A DNA stretch of 64,000 nt, from contig OZ024745.1 in the NCBI GenBank assembly GCA_964016885.1, positions 109,678,001-109,742,000 of the forward strand, written 5' to 3'. Shown one piece after another: positions 55,661 to 64,000 of this stretch. Below the pieces are notes generated by a model, which was not told the DNA's origin, did no database searches, and saw only the letters and a list, made by a program, of their open reading frames with translations. Within the stretch, counting starts at the first letter, position 1, and every line of letters starts with the position of its first letter. The position numbers were made by a program, and so were the translations under genes. This stretch comes from Eledone cirrhosa. Taxonomy: Eukaryota.

Positions 55661-56837
55661 AATGGTTGACTGGAGAAGGACAAAAGGCTAAGTTGACTAC
55701 AGAAAGATTTCAATTCAGAATGCAAGGGGCTGGAATAAATACTACAAGACATTTTATACAATATTCTGACACTTGTGTCAGCTTGCTACCTATTCTTGTT
55801 ATATCCAAATAGCCAAACATTGCACATCATCATTATCATATTACATCTGCTCTTCCATGCTTGCATGGGTTGGACAGGTCCTTTCTAGCACAGTTGCACT
55901 TCACCCACAGCATTTCTTCATCATTTCCTCTGTATGGAAACCAGTTAAATGGATTTCATTTGTAATTCCAGCATTGTTACATATCAGGTCAGTGGAATAC
56001 TCAACCACTTATATGTTAATTCACAAGCTGGATGTTCAGTAAATTGACAACTGAATGTCCCTTATCAAAACTGATGCAGAATCCACACTATAATTATTTA
56101 ACTCCTTTCTTTTCTTTAACCCCCCCCCCCCCCCCCCATATACAGAATATGTTAACACTAACATAGCTATTGTTCACCATATTTGCCAACGATGTGATGA
56201 GAGATTCACTAAATAAATATACAAGATTATATATTAGTTAACATAGCATAATACAATTGTTTAGAGTGTGTCATTATCATTATTTAATTTGTATATTGCT
56301 CGTTTTTCTAGTATTATGTGGTAGTTATGACAGCAGGCCCATTCATAGGCATCTTTAAATACACATGTACAAACACACACTGTATATATATGTGTCTCTA
56401 TTCAACACACACACATGGAGAAACCTATACAAACATACACACAGCCCACATAATACATAACAACAATAATATCTAGGCTCTAAAAACATCTGTGGAAGAT
56501 GATACCTTCATTGACACTAGCAATAATTTAGATCTAAAATGAATATCTTACATTAAACCATCCTGCTTTTATAGTATTTATTTGGCTGTTATTTCTAGCA
56601 GATTGGTAAACCTATATTTTGTCTCAGTGATGCACAAACGTTTTCAGAAGGTGGCCCTTAAAATTCATGAGGAAAACTTCATGGACCACCAGATATAAAA
56701 AAACAAACAGAAAAAAAAACAGCCTCTGGTGTTAAAGAACAAAACCACATATATAAAAAGCTTCTGATTTAAATTAAAACCTTCCAACAAAATTTCACAA
56801 AAGAACATTTTAAGTTGTGTTATAAATACCATCTTAA

Positions 56838-57215
56838 TAATGGTTTCTACTTTAGGCACAAGGCCAGCAATTACCCAGTGCATTACTGGTACTTTATTTT
56901 ATCGACCCCATAAGGATGAAAGGCAAAGTCAACCTCGGCAGGATTTGAACTCAGATTGTAAAGGGACGTAACTATGCTGGAAAGCATGGCGTCCGACTCT
57001 CTACCGATACTGCCAATCCAGGCTCAAGTCCAACAATTTTAGGGAAGGGGCCAGTCAAGTAAATTTACCCCAGTGCATTACTGATACTTTAACTTATCAG
57101 CCCCTGTCAGGATGAAAGACAAAGCTAATAAAGCATGATTTGAATTCAGAACATAAGGAACGTAACTCTATACTGCAAAGCATGTTGTCCAATGCTCTAC
57201 CAATACTGCTAATCT
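56838..57215 (-). mobile_element. Two tandem Meta-like SINEs (young plus older)
   Basis: Core and 3' motifs occur twice. Confidence 0.85.
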
Positions 57216-57879
57216 ACTGTCCTCTTTATATTATCTTAATAATGAAATAATTAATGATTTTTTGTAAATCTTTCAAATTTGTTAATTAATTGATTAATTG
57301 AAATACTGTGTATTTCATTTAAAATTTGGTCATGAATAGGATTAATTGGATAAACAATAACTTTGACTCATTCAACAGCAAAAAATATAAATAATGCACA
57401 TATGAAAAAAAAAAAACTTGATGAGGGTATGCCTATAAGGTCATTAAACGTATTAGTAATAACAGCCAAATCTCCCTGAACCCTACCATCTTATTCAGGG
57501 CTCATAAAAAATGTTAGCTCTAAATACATTGTGTTTTAAAAAAAAAACATTATTGGATGGTCATGACTGGTATCGTAATGGTTGAAGATCTGCTCAATGA
57601 AGATTGACCTTGGGCTAAAAACTCAACAAGTGAGTAAGGTTGCCTCTATTTTGGTTGCAGGAACTGCTAGTTATAACAACTAAATATCCCTCAAATTAAA
57701 TACACTCTATCATCTTGAAATGTTTCAGGATATATTGAATAATTTACTCATAGAAACACAATACCAGCAGAAAGTTAGGAAGGTCACAACAAGGATATTC
57801 TTCATTACCTCATCTTATGTCATGTAGGTCTTCCACTTTCCTGAGCACCCCCCCCCCCCCTCCTTCTTCCCCTGAGATC

Positions 57880-58330
57880 TCTCTGCATTTCTCTATACAA
57901 CTGACACCTTCCATATGCATCAGATGTCCATACTGATTCAGTTTTCTCTTTTACACACTACATCACATTCCTCATATGCCTACTTTTTCTCTCAGTTCAC
58001 TTATCCTGCCATGTTCATGTAGACTAACATTACACATCCACCAGAGCAGGTTAACCTCATTTCGTCCTAGCCTTTGCAGATCTGCAACCAATGCCTATGT
58101 CTTTCTGCCATATAGCTTTGTTGTTTACATACAGGCATCATACAGTCTACCCTTCACTCTAAGACAGAAGCTCTTAGTTGTTAGTAGTGGTACTAGTTCC
58201 CTCAACTTCTTAGATCCCGTTCTTCCTAAGGCTACTACAGAGCAGCCTCCCCTATTACTGATTAGGTCACCTAGGTAAACAACATTGACCATAACTTCAA
58301 GGGAGCCTCCAAGATAATTAAGGGATTCTA
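57880..58330 (-). mobile_element. RTE-clade LINE fragment (end of RT region), degraded
   Basis: GSLEVMVNVVYLGDLISNRGGCS..LRELVPLLTTKSFCLRVKGRLYDAC is the typical RTE YLG motif and downstream segment. Confidence 0.85.
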
Positions 58331-58340
58331 TTCTACATGA

Positions 58341-58692
58341 TGGAGGCACATGGCTTAGTGGTTAGAGCATTGGCCTTGCAATCGAAAGGTTGTGAGTTCA
58401 ATTCTCACACCGGGTGATGTGTTGTTTCCTTGAGCAAGACACTTTATTTCACATTGCTCCAGTTTACTCAGCTGTAGAAATGAGATGATAGGGACTGGGG
58501 TCCTTATCATTCCACTGCAAAGTGGTCGTGGAGGTGCGACGGCAAAAAAAAAGCACCCAGCACTCACTGTAAAAGAGGTTGGTGTTAGGAAGGGCATCCA
58601 GCTGTAGAAATCAAGCCAGAATCAGTTCCCGTCCCACCCTTGCAAGCAGGGAAAAAGCGGACGTAAAATGAAATGATGATGATGATGATGAT
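58341..58692 (+). mobile_element. Young full-length CORE-like SINE with (GAT)n tail
   Basis: As for 53268-53580. Confidence 0.9.
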
Positions 58693-60396
58693 GTGCTCTT
58701 AGTATTTATATCTCCTTTACATTTGTCACATACAAAGTCTGCCTTCTCTGTTAATTTGCCTGCAATCCCACTACATCTTTTGTACATCCATAGATTACAC
58801 TGTGTGGTTCTTAGTCATTGAGAAACACAAGTAAATAATCAGACGAAGGTTTTTGACATACATTCTTTAAGGTGTTACTTTTATAATTCAGTAGAGCTTT
58901 AAGTCTTTGCTTCTTGGTTTCTAAATCAATAGCTACACATGGCAGACACAGAAGTAAGCATAAATACCCATGTTGAATAATGACATACACATTATTGCAC
59001 ATTTTCGATTTGAATGGATTTATTGAACACCGCTGTGTGAGGTTTTTTTGCTTTTTATGTATGAAGAGACATAACTATGTGTGAGATAATAATCCATATC
59101 TATTGAAGATACTATGTCAAATTTTACTCCACTTTATATAATACGAAACTATAGTTATCCCACTTTCTTGTTTTATTTCAGTTGCATATATTGCTTTCTA
59201 TATTTCATTTTCTTTTTAAGTGATTCTTATTTTTATCTGATTTCACATCATGCTTTCTCTTACTCTCTCTTTACACACGCACATACACCCATCTCTCTGT
59301 ATATCTACCCCTTTGTCTATCTATCTACCTACCTATTTCAGATTCTATCTACCTATCTAGCTCTCTAACTTATATAACTATAACTTTCTATTTGTCTCTG
59401 GTTCTCATCTCATGTATCCCATTAAAATGTATGTGTAACAACACCATTTGAGGCTGGAATTGAGAAAATACTTAGATAAATAAATAAAATGAAAAAAAAA
59501 CAAACAAACAAACAAACAATAGAAGAGAATGTTTGATGTTAGTTGACGAAGATTTAACCATGTCACCGAAACAAGAGACGAGCAGACAAAAGCATATATA
59601 TATACAACTTGGAATTCATCCATGTCTTCTATCATAGCATTAAACCCGATCATACAAAGGTGAAATTCCAATCAACTCACACAACTGTATTTTTTTTTAT
59701 TTCATTTTATTTCTTGCAAACATGTGTCTGGTAACAAGAGATAATCTTTTTTATGTTACAATTTTATTTCTATTTCTTTTTCAACTAATGGAAATCAAAG
59801 AATCACTTGTTATCAAACTTCAAACTTTGAAGGAAAAAAGAATAAAAATTACTTTCTTTTTCACATTTGTTCTTTAAATCATTGTAGAATTCATTGGAAA
59901 AGAGTGCTTATTTTGTAGTTTCTATTATTGTACCTGAGTGTTTTTCTAACATTTTAGCAAATAAGTAGCAAGTATCAATAGTCTCTATGGACTTCCATGC
60001 TATGTTTTCTTTTATGACTTCAATATGGTAAAGCTTGAACTCTATCTACTAGGTGACTGATTACAGTCACACAGATGAGCTATACAAAATACTTGGTAAG
60101 CCTGTATTCAATTGAGATGATTTTAGATTTTAGTTTCAAGCATATATATATATATCATCATCATCGTTTGATGTCCATTTTCCACGCTAGCATGGGTTAG
60201 ACGAGTTGTCCTACTTGAGGCAATTTGGGTCAGGTGACCATGTTTTGCTCATATAGAACTGTTTCTTGCTTGGTTTCTACAGCTGAATGCCCTTCCTAAT
60301 GCCAACCACATTTACAGGGTGTCCCCCCAAAAATGTATACAAACTTTGATTGCCTCTACAGGCATTATTTATTAGAATGCTATTGAAGTTCATAGA

Positions 60397-60470
60397 TATT
60401 TCATCTGATGAACGAACTAGACGTTTCTGTTAGAAATGTCTAATTTCGTGAAACCTTGGGTAATGGAATA
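60397..60470 (+). ncRNA. Type I hammerhead ribozyme, apparently intact
   Basis: Stem I TATTTCAT/ATGGAATA (one G-U); CTGATGA 60405-11; long stem II ACGAA-CTAGACGTTTCT-gtt-AGAAATGTCTAA-TTTCGT; GAAA 60450-53; stem III ACC-TTG-GGT; GUA triplet 60460-62. Confidence 0.85.
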
Positions 60471-61760
60471 ATTATATTGTGTTGTTTATTATATAATTAA
60501 ATAGCTCTGTACTATACATAGAGCACTCTTCTTTCCTTTACCTTTTCTACAGAAATACACAACACACACACACACACATACACATACATACACACATATA
60601 TATTATATTCAAAAACACACTCAGTTACTTGCATGACTTGTTAGAGCAAACTATTTCATTCTTTTTTCTTCTAATTAAAAATCACCCCGACAGCAAGGGA
60701 AATGACCCCAGTATTTTCAGATCCATACATAATAGCAGGTATAAAAGAGGTGAGTTTCATTAACAAAACCTGATGAATAGAGACTTCCCTGCCAATAGAA
60801 TAAAACAAAGAGTGAAAGGTAAATTTAAAGCAGCTTTTCCTTTCTTCTTAAATCTGTAGTCTTCATTTAATCTTTTGATATCGGCTTGATTAAAACTGGT
60901 TCTAGTTTCATGAAACAAAAGCATCTATGTTTAAGGGTTCCTATTTAAATTTAAAAAAATTCCAACATAATTTTACATAAGAACCATACGGTTTTTGTAA
61001 TGAAATAATAATTTTCTCAAAATTCTTCATTAGTTAATTGAAATAGAGTATATTTCATTTGAAATTCAGACAAAAAAAGTATTTAAAAGAGCTGGAAATG
61101 TGAACAGGGCATTTAAATTGAGAGAGTTATATTTTATACAAAATTTAATAGGATTTTTCTGCAACAATTTAACTCAGGCTGCTCTCTGTACTAGAAAAAA
61201 TAAATAACGGGGAAAAAACTAGAAAAAAAATGGGAAAGAAAAAACCCCAGAACAAATGTAAAAATAAAAAAAATATATATGCATCATATGCTTCCACTTT
61301 TTTTCCACTTTCTAAACTGCCTAGCTATTGTAGCAAGCAGTGAATAAATAAATAGTTGTACTGAAAATACTTGGAAGAAATTTCAGCCTGTCTCGTAAAC
61401 TTATTTTTGTTTTAAATTTAAAACTGGAAAAACATAATATTCAACACAAAGCAAAGTCTCTTCCCATGCAAAGAAACAAACAAAAAACAGAACAAAATCC
61501 AAAAATAATATATCAAATTTCTTCTGAACAGATGCCATCTTAGTAAAACTTAGATACAATTTTTGAAAAAAAAAAAAGAATTAACTTACAGATTTTTTTC
61601 TCTGAATTGTTTGTTTGAAGTTATATTCAATTCTGTTTATCTTAAAATAATAAGCCATAGACAAAGTTTACATCATTTTCTAATTAGCTGTTAAGCTTTC
61701 ACAACATACTACTGATGACTGTTTATTAAGGGTCACTAGTTAGTTGCTATTAGGAGATTA

Positions 61761-61793
<33 letters not shown>

Positions 61794-61836
61794 GTGTGTG
61801 TGTGTGTGTTTCTGTGCATATGTGCTTATACATATA

Positions 61837-61867
<31 letters not shown>

Positions 61868-61885
61868 GTTTGTGTGTACATATGC

Positions 61886-61917
<32 letters not shown>

Positions 61918-62164
61918 ATGTTGGTAACATGAGAAAAGACACCAAGTCCACCCTGTAAGGTGGTTGTGTCAGAAACAGGACAAAAAAGCAACCAGTCCAC
62001 ACTGTAATGTGGTTGGCGTTAGAAAGGGCATCCAGCTGTAGAAACCAAGCCAAAATACAGATCTGTATGAGCAAGACATGGTCACCTGACATGATTTGAC
62101 TCAAACATGATAACCCATCTAATCCATGCAAGTGATGATGATGAATATATATATATATATATAT

Positions 62165-62642
62165 TACTGCTTCCCCGCTCTCTCTGTTTCTCTCACCTTC
62201 TTTCGCCCCCTCTGTCAGTTACACTTTCTCTCGACTGACCGCTTCCTCGCACTTCCACTCACTCACTCTCTGTTTCTCCCCTTCTCACTTCCTCCCGTTT
62301 GGCTTACAGTGGGCCTCTCTTCTTGCTTACATCTCACTCACGTCGGACGTCTATACTTTTCGCTCATGAAACCCACCCAGCTTATGCTGACCAGGACTAC
62401 CATGTTGCTTGTTTATTTCCTTTCTTTGGTTTGTTTTTATCCTTCTATGTTTTCACTTGTCCCCTTCGCTTTACGCGATTACTGGTCCCAATAACTTTTT
62501 TTAGATTATTGCTCGCACCAACCTGAGGTATCTGATTTTTAATGCGATGAAATACCAATGATGGTTGGAAAATCACTGACGAAGGACTATATTTATCATA
62601 TGTAACCCATGTGCAAACCACGCAGTATTCTTCTTCCTTCTC

Positions 62643-62650
<8 letters not shown>
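62165..62650 (+). mobile_element. Pyrimidine-rich element between (TA)n tracts, possibly Penelope-like derived
   Basis: CpG-containing unique block bounded by (TA)n; hammerhead-like remnant CCAAC CTGAGGT ATC..GAT GAAA..GTTGG at 62518-62568. Confidence 0.35.
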
Positions 62651-62681
<31 letters not shown>

Positions 62682-63414
62682 TCCTGATAGAGTTGTAAGG
62701 ACACCATATTGACATACAGTGTTTCTTGGGCATTTTAACCCTGACGGAACCCACCCCTCTCCAGGTATGAGTACAGCAGATTTCTTATATATATATAGTA
62801 ATAATAATTATGAAGACCAAAATCCAAAGAGGGCTCGATAAGGTTTATATATATATATAAAAGTAAAATATTAAAAAAAAAAAAAAAATAATGAATAAAC
62901 AAAGAAACAGTTCCTTATATTAAACAAAAAAAGTTCATCATTTTACGATCGTTTCTAGGACATATATGTGTTAGAATTGGTATGCATATTCAAAAGATCT
63001 ATGTACAAAAGTATATATAAACCCATAGACCAAATATTTATAATTAGTACAGATTAAAGTTTAAGCAAAGAATTTCTGCTTTCACCCTATCACAGGATCT
63101 TCTGATATATATATAATGAATGAATAAATACATTATTGGATCATGGGTTTGATTCCATTGTGTGGCATCATCTTGGGCATCATCTACAGCCTCAAGTAGA
63201 CTGAAGCCTCACAAGTGAAATTGTGCTGGAATCTTGCTTGTCAAATTTATTGAACCTGTAATTTAAAATTCCACTCCTGTCACACAACTGTCTTGTACTG
63301 ATTCAGCTTAGGAATTAGGTTAAGAGTATATGTGTTTATGGTAAAATCAACCATTTACACAATGATTCAAGTGCTGGCTGCTTGGTTGATCAAACAACTG
63401 AATGCTCTCATTAA

Positions 63415-63620
63415 CCCTTTAGCATTTAACCCTTTAGCATTCAGCTAGAATTCTCTCACCTCTTTCTGTTCAAACTGGCTGTAACTGGCCACTCATACTG
63501 CTGTTAAGGTATTGTTCTCAAAATAAATAATATCTAAATCTCATATTATGTGAGATAATTATATGAGATAAAGCCTTTACTATGAAAATACAATACTATA
63601 TATAGAGTAATGTAAATGCT
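63415..63620. mobile_element. TTAA-type MITE, family B, with duplicated left TIR and missing right tip
   Basis: TTAACCCTTTAGCAT occurs twice; body matches 33695-34090 and 34533-34749. Confidence 0.75.
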
Positions 63621-63893
63621 CTCATTAATGGAATTGGTGGAGGATCCATCTTTATCACATTTTCATACACAAATATTCCATGTTAAGTAATATACCAACA
63701 GATGGCCAAGATGTATAGGTAAGTATGCATGGAATTATATATAGAGACACTCAAATTTCAACATTCATTCAACCAAATTTAAAAATACAGTGATATAACA
63801 CACACATGTGCGCGCACACACATACACATAAACGCATACACAAATGTATACCCATGTGTGTATTTGTGTAGAAGTGAGAGAGGGGGAAAGAGC

Positions 63894-63894
<1 letters not shown>

Positions 63895-63926
<32 letters not shown>

Positions 63927-63955
63927 CAGACAGACAGAAAAAGAGATGGAAAGAG

Positions 63956-64000
<45 letters not shown>
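63895..64000. repeat. (GA)n-rich microsatellite
   Basis: Directly visible. Confidence 0.95.

Noticed and set aside
60770-60820. CTGATGA followed later by GAAA
   Set aside because: No stem I, II or III pairing, so it is a chance core match.

Overview
AT-rich eukaryotic, repeat-dominated window with no credible host protein-coding gene; nearly all long ORFs in the track are translations of micro/minisatellites. The repeat families (tRNA-derived SINEs, long (TA)n/(TG)n tracts) look like an octopus/coleoid cephalopod genome; this is recognition from memory, not a database result. Contents: >20 copies of a tRNA-headed SINE with a Meta/MESC-like core, several CORE-like SINEs, dead LINE fragments (Tx1, RTE, CRE-like), TTAA-, TA- and 8-bp-TSD MITEs, and three large tandem arrays (72-bp, 30-bp, 14-bp units). 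The most interesting signal is a set of short (TA)n-embedded elements carrying type I hammerhead ribozyme motifs (Penelope-like/retrozyme-type): one apparently intact hammerhead (60397-60470), a 282-bp palindrome with a hammerhead on each strand (40859-41140), and a five-copy family of long hairpins centred on a putative hammerhead stem II, in which the CUGANGA half is replaced by the mirror image of the GAAA/stem III/cleavage-site half. Also notable are a 3.2-kb 72-bp array enclosed by ~180-bp inverted repeats, a satellite born inside a SINE with a 1298-bp higher-order repeat, and a possible SINE-Tx1 3'-tail partnership. Coordinates were read by eye and may be off by a few bases.
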